A stretch of 64,000 bases of DNA, taken from positions 121,495,388 to 121,559,387 of the forward strand of contig NC_090376.1 in assembly GCF_036365525.1 (NCBI RefSeq). The letters are read 5' to 3'. The position numbers and the translations under genes are program-made. This DNA is from Heterodontus francisci. Its lineage: Eukaryota. The notes beneath the pieces are model-generated. The model made no database searches and was not told the origin of the DNA. It saw only the letters and a program-made list of their open reading frames with translations. Positions 13,200 through 24,120 of the stretch are shown here, one piece after another (the first letter of the stretch is position 1; every line of letters begins with the position of its first letter).

Positions 13200-13712
13200 C
13201 CTCAAGTAGGGTCTGTGTCTTTCCGAGTCAGAAGGTTGTGGGTTCAAGTCCCACTCCAGAGACTCGAGCACAAAATCTAGGCTGACACTCCAGCGGACTC
13301 CAGCACTGTCAGTGGTGCCGTCTGTTGGGTGAGATGTTTGAAGCAAGGCCCCAGTTGCCCCCTCAGGTGGTTGTAGAAGATTCTAGGGCACTATTTAAAG
13401 AAGAGCAGGACTGTTCTCTACAGTGTCTTTGTCAATATTTATCCCTCAACCAACATTACTGAAAAATGCTAATGAAAAATTATCTGGTCATTTATCTTGT
13501 TGCCGACTGCTGGACCTTGCTATGTGCAAGTTGGCTGACATATTTCCGAAAGATTGCACTTCCGACAGTGCAGATCTTCCTTAGCACAGCACTGGAGCGT
13601 CAGCCTAGATTGTAAAACAGTGACTACACTCCTAGAGTACTTCATTGGCTGAAAAACACCTTGGGATGTCCTGCGGTTGGGTAGAAAGAACTTCATTGAT
13701 ATGGCACCTTTC
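13200..13712 (+). mobile_element. SINE of the same Deu-like family with an internal inverted segment
   Basis: B box GGTTCAAGTCC; about 13545-13615 is the reverse complement of the SINE 5' body. Confidence 0.75.
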
Positions 13713-13797
13713 TTTTGTCCTTCAATTAGGACACTTCAATTAAAAGGAAATATCTCCACAGAAATATCTCTGTGGGTCCCACTGAGTTACCATCTAT

Positions 13798-14205
13798 GGT
13801 AGCATAGTGGTCATGTTACGGGACTAGCAATCCAGTGGCCTAGACCAGTGATCCAGAGACACAAGTTCAAATTTCACCAGAGCAGCTGGGGAATTTAAAT
13901 TCAATTAACTAAATAAATCTGGAATAAAAAGCCAGTATCAGTAATGGTAACCATGAAACGACCAGATTTACATAAAAATGCCTCTAGTTCACTCATGTCT
14001 TTCGGGGGAGGAAAGCTGCCATCCTTTCCTGGTCCAGCCTGCATGTGACTCCAGGACCACAGCAATGTGATTGACTCTTAAATGCCCTCCAAAATGGCCT
14101 AGGAAGACACTCAGTTGTCAAGAAGGCAACTCACCATCATCTTCTTGAGGACAATTAGGGATGGGAGTAAATGCTGGTCTTGCCAACACCCACATCCCAT
14201 GAATT
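13798..14205 (+). mobile_element. Second tRNA-derived SINE family (an inverted partial copy lies at about 14595-14897)
   Basis: A box TAGCATAGTGG, B box GTTCAAAT; 3' tail shared with the LINE end at 3050-3240. Confidence 0.7.
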
Positions 14206-15240
14206 TGCAAATAGCAGAAGATGTAACAGTAAACCAGCCTGCTGCCTGTCCCTGGGAAATCATCTAGATCCTGGAAAATGTACATTCTAAAACTAGCAAC
14301 ATGTCCCTGTTGCCTTGGCCAGGTGACTCCAGAGTGGCTCTCGAGCCAGTTGGAAGTCAGATGTCCCACTGTTTACAATGGTGCTGCTCGAGGCCATTCC
14401 CTAATGATGACAGAACAGCTTAACAAGGAGACAGACCCTACTGCCTGTCACCAACAAAACAGATTTATTTTTCAAAAAAGAAATTGAAGATGTCTATTTT
14501 CTTCCGCAATGAAGGGTTCTGATAGAATTTTAAAAAGCCCTCTGGTTACTGACCCACCTGCCAGAGGAAACAGTTTCTCCTTATTTATTCTTTCATGGGA
14601 TGTTGCAAGGCCAGCATTTGTTGCCCATCCCTCAAAGCCCTTGACAACTGAGTTGCTTGCTAGGCCATTTTAGAGGGCAGTTAAGAGTCAACCACATTGC
14701 TGTGGGTTTGGAGTCACATGTAGGCCAACCCAGTTAAGGACAGCAAATTTCCTTCCCTAATGGACATTAGTGTACCAGATGGGTTTACGACAATCGATGA
14801 TCATTTCATAGCACCACGAGAGACTCGCTTTGAACCCATTTCTCCAGGGCAATAGCCTCTGGAATACTAGTTCAGTGACATTACTATTATATCACCAGAA
14901 GGGAAAGGAAGTGAAATCTGCTTTATACAGTGAGTTGTTGTAATCTGAAATACGCTGCCCGAAGGGGCAGTGGAAGCAAATTAAATTGAAAGTTTCAAAA
15001 GGCGAAATGGGTATAAATTTGAAAAGGAAATAGTCGTAGAGGCATGGGGAAAGAACAGGGGAAGGGAACTATGTAGATAGCTCTTCCAAAGAGCTGGAAC
15101 AACACGATGGGCTGAATGGCCTCCTCCTGTCCGGTAGGATTCTATGATTCTTGAGGAGAGTACCTTTGAACAAATGTATTCCTCACACTTTGTTCCTCTT
15201 TAACTAGTAAAGGATACATTATAAAGAGAAAATATCTTAC

Positions 15241-15288
15241 CCTGCAGGCAATCTCTCCTCTGTTTGCAATTAGGATTTTGTCAAATGT
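15241..15288 (-). CDS. PCCA: PCCA coding exon 3 (TFDKILIANRGEIACR)
   Basis: Canonical biotin carboxylase N-terminal motif KILIANRGEIA; cccctcAG acceptor and GTAAGA donor; 48 nt. Confidence 0.96.
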
Positions 15289-15524
15289 CTGAGGGGAAGA
15301 CAAACACGAAAAAATAGTAGCTTAATGACTGATGAACACAGTTTATTCGAGTATTAATTGCCAGAAAGTTATCAATATTTAAAGCAGGAAAATTAATGTT
15401 TCATTCCCAGCACCTTTGCTAATATTCTCCCATCCTCTCCTGGCTGTATTAAGTCCATGAGCTAAGGCTACCCGTTAGTACCTGGTCCATGGGGACATTA
15501 TTCATGTGTATTATTCAGCCTTCC

Positions 15525-15768
15525 TTCTTTGGCCTCCTTATCTCGAGAGACAATGGATAAGCGCCTGGAGGTGGTCAGTGGTGTGTGGAGCAGCGCCTGG
15601 AGTGGCTATAAAGGCCAATTCTAGAGTGACAGGCTCTTCCACAGGTACTGCAGAAAAATTTGTTTGTCGGGGCTGTTAAACAGTTGGCTCTCCCCTTGCG
15701 CCTCTGTCTTTTTTCCTGCCAACTGCTAAGTCTCTGACTCGCCACACTTTAGCTCCGCCTTTATGGCT
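15525..15768 (-). mobile_element. Short 3' fragment of the same RTE family
   Basis: Matches about 20703-20950; candidate TSD GCCTTCC at 15518-15524 and 15769-15775. Confidence 0.85.
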
Positions 15769-16320
15769 GCCTTCCACTGATCACTAAATAGGAATCAAGT
15801 ACATGAAGCCTGGTTGATTTCCCCCTCCTTACCCTAAAGGTGCTGAGGCAAAGTGTAATAGCCCTACCAATTAACTAACACAGAACAAATCTGACCTAAC
15901 TCTATGTGTCTACACACCTGGCTCCTTCAACTCTCTCCCCGCCCCCCGCCCCACAACAATAACCCTATTTTATGGGTATACTTAATTTCATTGTTGTTTA
16001 CCAAAATATATTACATTACATCACATTTCTCTACATTGAACGGCATCTGCCATCTATCTTCCCACTCCACTAACCTATGATCTTCAAACCCTTGCTCAAT
16101 TTGCCATGCCCCTTAATTTGGTAACTGCAAATTTAAATATCATTCCTTCTGTACCTGTGACCAAATCATTTTCAGAAATGGGAACAAAATCACCATATGT
16201 GGGTTTATTAGTAACTATCTTATATTTATGGCCCCTACTGTTGGTCTCACCACAAGCAGAAACATCTTCACTACTTCTACTCTGTCGAACCCTTAAAGAC
16301 CTCTATCAAGCGGAACTTAC

Positions 16321-16398
16321 TGGTTCATTTGAATCATGAACTGTAGAGTATAACACACGAGAGACAGCAAAGCTGCACCTGGAGCGGGATGATGCATG
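16321..16398 (-). CDS. PCCA: PCCA coding exon 2 (HASSRSRCSFAVSRVLYSTVHDSNEP)
   Basis: tttttccAG acceptor, GTAAGT donor, 78 nt, phase 0. Same length as, and weakly similar to, human exon 2 ([26 protein letters not shown], recalled). Confidence 0.85.
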
Positions 16399-17469
16399 CT
16401 GGAAAAACAGAAAAATCACATCATTAGAATTCTGATTTACTGAAATCAGGGCCACATTCAGTAGCAACAAGTTGCATTTATATAGAGCCTTTAAATATAG
16501 CAAAATGTCCCAAGGTGCTTCACAAAAGAGATGAAGCAACATTTGACACTGATCCACATAAGGAAATATCAGGACCAAAGGCTTTGACCAAAAGCTTGGT
16601 CAAAGGGATAGGTTTTAAGGAGTGTCTTAAAGGAGGAGGGAGCGATGGAGAGGTTTCAGGAATCAGAACAAACTAAGGGACATAGGAACAGAAGGAGGTC
16701 ATTCAGCCCCTCAAGCCTTTCAATTAAATCATGGCTAATCTACATCTTTACTCTATTTACCTGCCTTAGTTCCATATCAGTTAATAACATTGCCTAACAA
16801 AAATCTATCCAACTCAGTTTTGAAATTTTCAATTGACCTCCAGCCTCAACAGCTTTTTTTTTAAGGGGGGGGGGGGGGGTGGGGGTGGGGGTGGGGGGAA
16901 CAAAAGAAAGAGAGTTTTGGATTTCCATTACCCTTTGTGTGAAGAAATGTTTCCCGACATCACTCCTGAAAGGCCTATCTCTAATTTTAAGGCTATGCCC
17001 CCTTGTTCTGGACTCTCTGACCAGAGGAAATAGTTTCTCTCTATCTATTCTATCAAAACATTCAACACCTAAATCAAATCACCCTGGGGATCTAAGCTGT
17101 AATCCTTCTGAGATTTATGATGGTTCCTCTGCAGTCAGCTCCCAGGGAGCACCTCAACCCTTGGCCCTCCACTACCTCTTTAGCCCTTTCTCACCCAAAG
17201 TCCTCTCTTCCACTGGCTCAAATAGTGGAAGCATTTTAGCCCTAACTGCTAGTTTAACCCACCACTGCCCATCCCCCAACCATGCTTGCATCTTGCTTCC
17301 CTCAGAGAGCTCTGGACTTCTCCGGTCATCAAAACTACGTTTCCGCACTGAACTACACCACAAGACTCAGTTACTATATCTCTGAGCTGCAATTATAAAA
17401 GGCTTTGGTGAGACCACATCTGGAGCGCGGACAGTTTTCGTCTCCTTACCTAAGGAAGGATATGCACAG

Positions 17470-18260
17470 TGTCAGGCAAACCTCTGACCTGCCTCGACTG
17501 AGGCACACATGATTTTGCCACATGAACATTAAAACTTAAAAATTGCAAGCCCCTGACTGGAAAGACATTTGCACAGTACCAGACAATGTTGAAACAAAGG
17601 GAACCAGTCCCTGCCCCAATACACAGAAGAGACCTGGTCAAATCAGTCGGTCACAAGACCACCCGTTGGCCAACTCGGGGAGTTTTAAATTGGAAAAACA
17701 GAATTTGAACTCAAAGCTGTGTGCTCACAGACTGAGAACATCTCCTCTCTTGTCTGCCCTCATCTCACTCACCAGCTTCGGAAACCACTGAAGACACGTA
17801 AACTCAGAGAGAAAGATCTCCTGCATGAACAAGGTTTAAGATGACTACTGGGCCCCGACAAAACGCAAGACCGTATCTTCAATCAAGGACTACAGCGAGC
17901 TCGAAAAACAGTAACAAGCTATTGCCTCAAACCGTTCTACTTATCTTTTCTTCTGCCCTTTTCTGTTCCTATTCGCACGTGTGTATTGCGTGTGCATGCT
18001 AGCATGGGCGCGTCGTATATCCATAGGTGTCAACTGTATTAGAGTTTAAGTTTAAGGTTTAATAAATTTCATGTTTTCTTCTTCAAAAGAAAGAAAGCCT
18101 GTTTATGCTAATTTCTTTGTCTTATAATTGGAAAGCTGTGAACAAGAATTCACAAAGGGGGAGCTCAAAACACTGCGTGTTTAAAATTAAACCCTGTTAC
18201 AATAAGACAAGGTGAAGAAAGTAACAGACCCCTAGACACCCTTCTCACCTAGTTGTAACA
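17470..18260 (+). mobile_element. Solo LTR (791 bp) inserted into a CR1-type LINE
   Basis: TG...CA termini, 4-bp TSD ACAG (17466-17469 and 18261-18264), internal AATAAA at 18061; CR1 RT-tail sequence is continuous across the two flanks. Confidence 0.75.
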
Positions 18261-18264
18261 ACAG

Positions 18265-19545
18265 CTTAGCATGGATGCAATAAAGGTTCATAAGGTTGAT
18301 TACTGGGATGAGAGGGCTGAGAGGGATGAGAGTTTGAGTAGAATTAGCCTTTATTTTCTGGCATTTAGAAGAATAAGAGATGATCACATTGAAACATATT
18401 AAATTCTTGAAAGACTTGGCAGCGTAGATACGGAGAGGCCATTTCCCTGGCTGGCAAATTAATTTCAACTTAGATAAATGTGAGGTATTACATTTTGGTG
18501 AGAAAAATAAGAAGCTCACATATTATTTTATAAAATAAGAATCTGAATGGAATAGAACAGCAAGAGAATCTGGGAGTACAAATACACAAATCACTAAAAG
18601 TTGCAATGCAGGTGAATAAGGCCTTAAGAAAATCAAACCATGCACGAGGCGTTATTTCTAGAAGGAAGGAATTGAAAAGTAGAGAAGTTATACTAAACTT
18701 GTACTGCACCTTAGTTGGACCACACTTGCAGTACTGTGTATAGTTCTGGTCGCCATATTATAAACAAGATATGGAGACACTTGAGAGGGTTAACAGAAAT
18801 GACACCAAAACTGTGAGGTTATATGTATCAGGAAAGGATGAACAGGCTGGGTCTCTTCGCTTGAAAAGAGAAGGCTGAGGGGTAACCTAATAGAGGGTTT
18901 TAAAATTAGGAAAGGTTGTGGTAAAGTAAGAAAAAGAGGGTGCATTTTCACTTGTGGGGAAGAGCAAAACTAGAGGCCATCAATATAAGATAGTCACCAA
19001 GAAATTAACTATGGAATTCAGAAGAAACTTCTTTACCCAGAGAGAGGTAAGAATGTGGACTTTGCTAATGCAGGGAGTAGTTGAGAATAGCACAGATGCA
19101 TTTAAGGGAAAGCCAGATTAACATATGAGGGAGAGGGAATAGAAGGTTATGCTGATAGGGTTAAAGGAGGACAGCTGGGAAGACGCTCTAGCGGAACATT
19201 AATGCCAGCACGGATTGGTCTGCCTGTGTCTGTGTTGCATATTCAATGCAATTCTATGTAAAACTAGGGGTCCTAGTCTCAAGATAAGGGTCGGCCATTC
19301 AGAACTGAAATGAGGAGAAATTTTTTTCACAGAGAGTTATAAATCTTTGGAATTCTCTACCCCAGAGAGCTGTGCATACTCAGTACTAAGAGCGATAGAT
19401 TATTGGGCACTCAGGGTATCAAGAGATATGGGGATAGAACAGGAAGGTGGAGTTGATGTAATAGTTCACCCATGATTTTTTGAATAGCCAAGCAAACTCA
19501 AGGGGTTTATGGCCTAGTCCCACTCCTAATTTTTATGTTCTTAAA
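18265..19545 (+). mobile_element. Degraded CR1-type LINE 3' regions (one copy at about 18455-19260 inserted in another)
   Basis: Remnants of LVRPHLEYCVQFWSP, LGLFSLEKRRLRGDL and TRGH motifs; the outer copy resumes near 19262. Confidence 0.7.
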
Positions 19546-20698
19546 CTAAGTTTCCAACTGCCCTCTCAGTCGGACATGAGAGATCCCACAGCATAATTTG
19601 AAGAAGAGCAGGGGAGTTGTCCCCAGTGTTGAGGTCAATATCTCAACTAACACCTAAAAACAGGTATATCTGGTCATTTATTTCATTGCTGTTTGTGAGT
19701 GCTAGCTGCGTGCACGTTTCCCACAATACAACAGTGACTTCAGACTATTAAGTACATTTGAAGTCTAAAGTGCTTCAGGCCATCCTGAGATCACGAAAGC
19801 ACAGGGTTCCCTCAGTACAACTGCCTACCACATCCATGAGTACTAAATTCCACTGTGCTGCCAACAACTATAGTTTTGGGACATTTATTACCACATTTCT
19901 CCTGTGATTTTTATCCCCTGCATCCTGAAAGTTGTAGTCTGTGCTCTGCTATCAGGGATGCACATACCCAGAAATCTAAGAGTTCTCATTTGCTGTCATC
20001 AGCTTACTGGAGTTAATAGTTTTATTCTACGCTATCCAATTCGCTTTGAAATTACAAACATTACCACCCGCAAACACACAGCAGAGGCTTAAAGACTAAA
20101 GCCACTTTTATATTTACTTTCTAACAGTGATATGAAGCATCAGTAGCAGCAAAAGACTAAAATTACAATACATTTGTAAAAGCACATTGGAAATATTCAT
20201 AATTAGCCATGGGGGAAAAATGGCTACCGATCTAGTTCAGTTAAATTAATCTGTTAATATGACAGGCAAAAATCAACACATTCCAGACTTCTACCCATCT
20301 CCCCCTCCAGCTTCAAGCTTAAAAGTCTCACTAAGATCTTCACAATCTGCTCTAGCCAACAGCTTCCAAATGAACTCGTCTGGTGTCTCCTCAGGCATCA
20401 AATGCCACGCTTCTGGGAAATGTTATAAGCTGGGCTTCCCCTCCCCCCAACAAATCAAAGAATACTTCACAAAGTATATATCTTAATTAATGCAATGCTG
20501 ACCGAGATATAAACAATTCACACATCTATACTGAACATAAAGATCACAACAATGGAATACACCACATGATTTTGATCAAAAGAATCGCCTACTAATTTAA
20601 CAAACCACTGCAATTTTAGATCGAAGAGAGAATGTGAACAAAGTCACAGTGATAAACAATTCAGACAGTCACAGATATCTTACAAGCAAATACAAAAT

Positions 20699-21617
20699 TC
20701 TTCTTCTTTGGCCTCCTTATCTCGAGAGACAATGGGTAAGCGCCTGGAGGTGGTCAGTGGTGTGTGGAGCAGCGCCTGGAGTGGCTATAAAGGCCAATTC
20801 TGGAGTGACAGGCTCTTCCACAGGTGCTGCAGAAAAATGTGTTTGTCGGGGCTGTTACACAGTTGGCTCTCCCCTTGCGCTTTTGTCTTTTTTCCTGCCA
20901 ACTGCTAAGTCTCTTCGACTCGTCACACTTTAGCCCCGCCTTGATGGCTGCCCGCCAGCTCTGGCGAACGCTGGCAACTGACTCCCATGACTTGTGATCA
21001 ATGTCACAGGACTTCATGTCGCGTTTGCAGACGTCTTTAAAGCGGAGACATGGACGGCCGGTGGGTCTGATACCAGTGGCGAGCTCGCTGTACAATGTGT
21101 CTTTGGGGATCCTGCCATCTTCCATGCGGCTCACATAGCCAAGCCATCTCAAGCGCCGCTGACTCAGTAGTGTGTATAAGCTGGGGATGTTGGCCGCCTC
21201 GAGGACTTCTGTGTTGGAGATACGGTCCTGCCACCTGATGCCAAGTATTCTCCGGAGGCAGCGAAGATGGAATGAATTGAGAGGTCGCTCTTGGCTGACA
21301 TACGTTGTCCAGGCCTCGCTGCCATAGAACAAGGTACTGAGGACACAGGCCTGATACACTCGGACTTTTGTGTTCCGTGTCAGTGCGCCATTTTCCCACA
21401 CTCTCTTGGCCAGTCTGGACATAGCACTGGAAGCCTTTCCCATGCGCTTGTTGATTTCTGCATCTAGAGACAGGTTACTGGTGATAGTTGAGCCTAGGTA
21501 GGTGAACTCTTGAACCACTTCCAGAGCGTGGTCGCCAATATTGATGGATGGAGCATTTCTGACGTCCTGCCCCATGATGTTCTTTTTCTTGAGGCTGATG
21601 GTTCGGCCAAATTCAAT
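20699..21617 (-). mobile_element. 5'-truncated RTE-clade LINE (end of RT, C-terminal Cys/His motif, 3' UTR, (AAG)n tail)
   Basis: Open ORF LEVVQEFTYLGS...RRLRWLG...RIPK..LY.EL..G.R..GRP...CSTCGRACHSRIGLYSH. 13-bp TSD GCAAATACAAAAT at 20686-20698 and 21618-21630. Confidence 0.92.
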
Positions 21618-23652
21618 GCAAATACAAAATGCTAGACATAAAAACAAACCCATTAATGGTCCCAGCAATCTCAAATCGAGAGCCACAATCAGTTGGGCCC
21701 AACTGCAATCATCCCTCACAGGACCAGGTTTGCCAACTCTGGAGACTTAATTGTGTGACCTCCCACCTCTAACCAGCCTGTCTAGTCAAACACCCTTTTG
21801 TCCCATTTCCACAATATTTATAAGTGTTCAAAGGAAATTAAAAGAAACAAATGCCCCAACGGTTTTTCTGCTGAGTTGGTCACAGCAGTGTCCATAGAAT
21901 CATACAGCACAGAGACATGAGTTAAATATGTTTACTCCATGACACAAAATCATTTGAATCCTCAAAGGTCTTATGCATTTAAGCCTTCTAGCACCTGACA
22001 AGTTCACTCATTTGGTCATGAACAGGCTCAAGGGGTCATGCATAAGTTTGCTTAGCAATAGAGCTCCTTCCATATTTAACATCAAACAATGTCAGTGTCA
22101 CTGGTTTTTCCCTCATCAATTCTCTCCTTTCCTAAAGGCATTAACGACCCAGAGTGTTTCAATCTGTGGGCATCCACCAGTGCCATTATTCAAAGGTGAG
22201 CCTCAACAATGAGTACTGACCATGTTGGGGGTGGGAGGGGAGGTGAAGGGAGTGGCATCAGTCAACCCCAATTCTGCACTGACCCTATAGCTACATCTCA
22301 TAGCTATCCAATGAGATAAGTCCAATTCTACATGTTAAACAATAATTAAGAGGCAGAACCCTTCCTAACCCAGGGACACTGACATTCCCTGGATCATCTC
22401 TACTGCCAATGCAAGCTAACTTGGCACAAAGAACAAAGCTGACACTTTGCTGGTCTCTATGGCTCAGTTAAGCCCACAAATCACTGGAGAACCTTCAAGG
22501 GTCACTTGCTTCAACTACAAGCAAATAATACTGGCGATTTTAGGCTGGGTCAGTCTGAAGAGATGACAGGTGTTGGGGCACGTTTAGAGGCACATGTTTT
22601 ATGGACAAAAGAAGATTAAAGCATTTAGACCAGAAGCCTTATTGAAGTGCAGATAAGACATAGATTCTGATAAATAAATCAGACTGGAGGTACTTTGCCA
22701 AGATCATCAAGATCTAAACTACTACATAATACAGTATAATCAACAACATCCACTTATAGGAAAAAAGATGAATTTCAGGATAAGCATTTTTGCAACTGTG
22801 TTATAATGGTATCGTTGTCTCCTGGTTCAGGAAACAAACATCAGAAAATAGTAACATCAATGCCATTGTACTTTCCTTGTAGGAAGAGTAAGCAAGGATA
22901 TCACACTTAATTATCCTGCATTTAGTGGATATTAGAAAACAAATGTTTACTTAATTGCCATAAGATTACCTTGATACTGAGCGTCAACCTTCATTCTCCA
23001 CTACCAAAACAAATTTTAAATTTGGCAGATAACTCAAGACCTTTGAAATCATATCAGCAATTCTTTTTGGCCTGCTGAGAATATACATATCAATGTACGG
23101 GGCAACTGACTCTTAAATATACAACTGCAATGGCTGAATCAAAAAGAATAAACTATCATAGAAAGAATAGATCAACAAATGTAACCAAGATCAGCCAACG
23201 CCAAAGTGTGAGCTGTGTCCAACAATAACCAAGATGTCTTTTTCCCACTTAAAGCCATGCAGCCATATGTTTATAAGACTAACATTTATGTAGCACCTTT
23301 CACAACGTCAGAACATCCTATAGCACTTTACAGCCAGCAAAGTACTTTCAAAGTGTAGTCACTGCTGTAATGTAAGAAATGCTGCATCTAATTTGTGCAC
23401 AGCAAGCTTGCACAAACAGCAATGTGATAACAATCAGGTAATCTGTATTTTGTGATGTTGATTGAGGAATAAATATTGGCCCAGGAGACCAAGGAAAACT
23501 CCCCTGTTCTTCAAAATAGTGCCACAGGATCGTTTACATCCACTTGAGGGGTCAGACAGGGTCTTGATTTAATGCTTCATCTGAAAGACAGCACCTGTGA
23601 CAGTGCAGCACTCCCTCAATACTACACTGAGGTGTCAGCTGAGATTTTTGTG

Positions 23653-23686
<34 letters not shown>

Positions 23687-23779
23687 GAACGAGCCACCAT
23701 AAGCGACGAGTCATAAAAGAAGTTAAATTAATAAATGAAACTTTTTTTAAAACGTCACTGTTAAGCAGATAGACAGAGG

Positions 23780-24120
23780 GTCATGACCCAGATCTGGGCC
23801 TGGTCAGGCCGGGCCATCCCATTAAAGCAGGCGCCGTATCCCCGGTAACGAGCCACAAATAAACCCGGCTTTTTCCCTTTATAAACGCGCAAAGAAACCT
23901 CCCCGTTCGGTGTCCCTTGTATTTTTATCCCCGTTATTCAAGCCGCTCCGCTTTAAAACCGCTCACCTTCAGTGTCAGGATTGAACGCCGCACAGCAACA
24001 CTCAGACTGTGGGCCGCCATCTTTGTCTGACCTCTCACCCCTGGGGCTCGTGATCGAGCCAATCAACACTCAAGCTGAGTGACGCAACAGCTCCAGCCCT
24101 GCTGCCATTGAAAGGCAAGA
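23780..24120 (-). promoter_or_regulatory. PCCA CpG-rich promoter and first-exon region
   Basis: Local CpG enrichment in otherwise CpG-poor DNA. YY1-type AAGATGGCGGC overlaps the ATG (about 24013-24023), CCAAT at 24059-24063, CRE-like TGACGCA near 24080. Confidence 0.7.
23967..24020 (-). CDS. PCCA: Propionyl-CoA carboxylase alpha chain, coding exon 1 (MAAHSLSVAVRRSILTLK, mitochondrial presequence-like)
   Basis: ATG at 24020 in a CpG-rich patch; 54 nt ending AAG|GTGAGC donor. Ends in TLK like human PCCA exon 1, is Arg/Ser-rich with no acidic residues, and joins in frame to exons 2-4. Confidence 0.88.
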
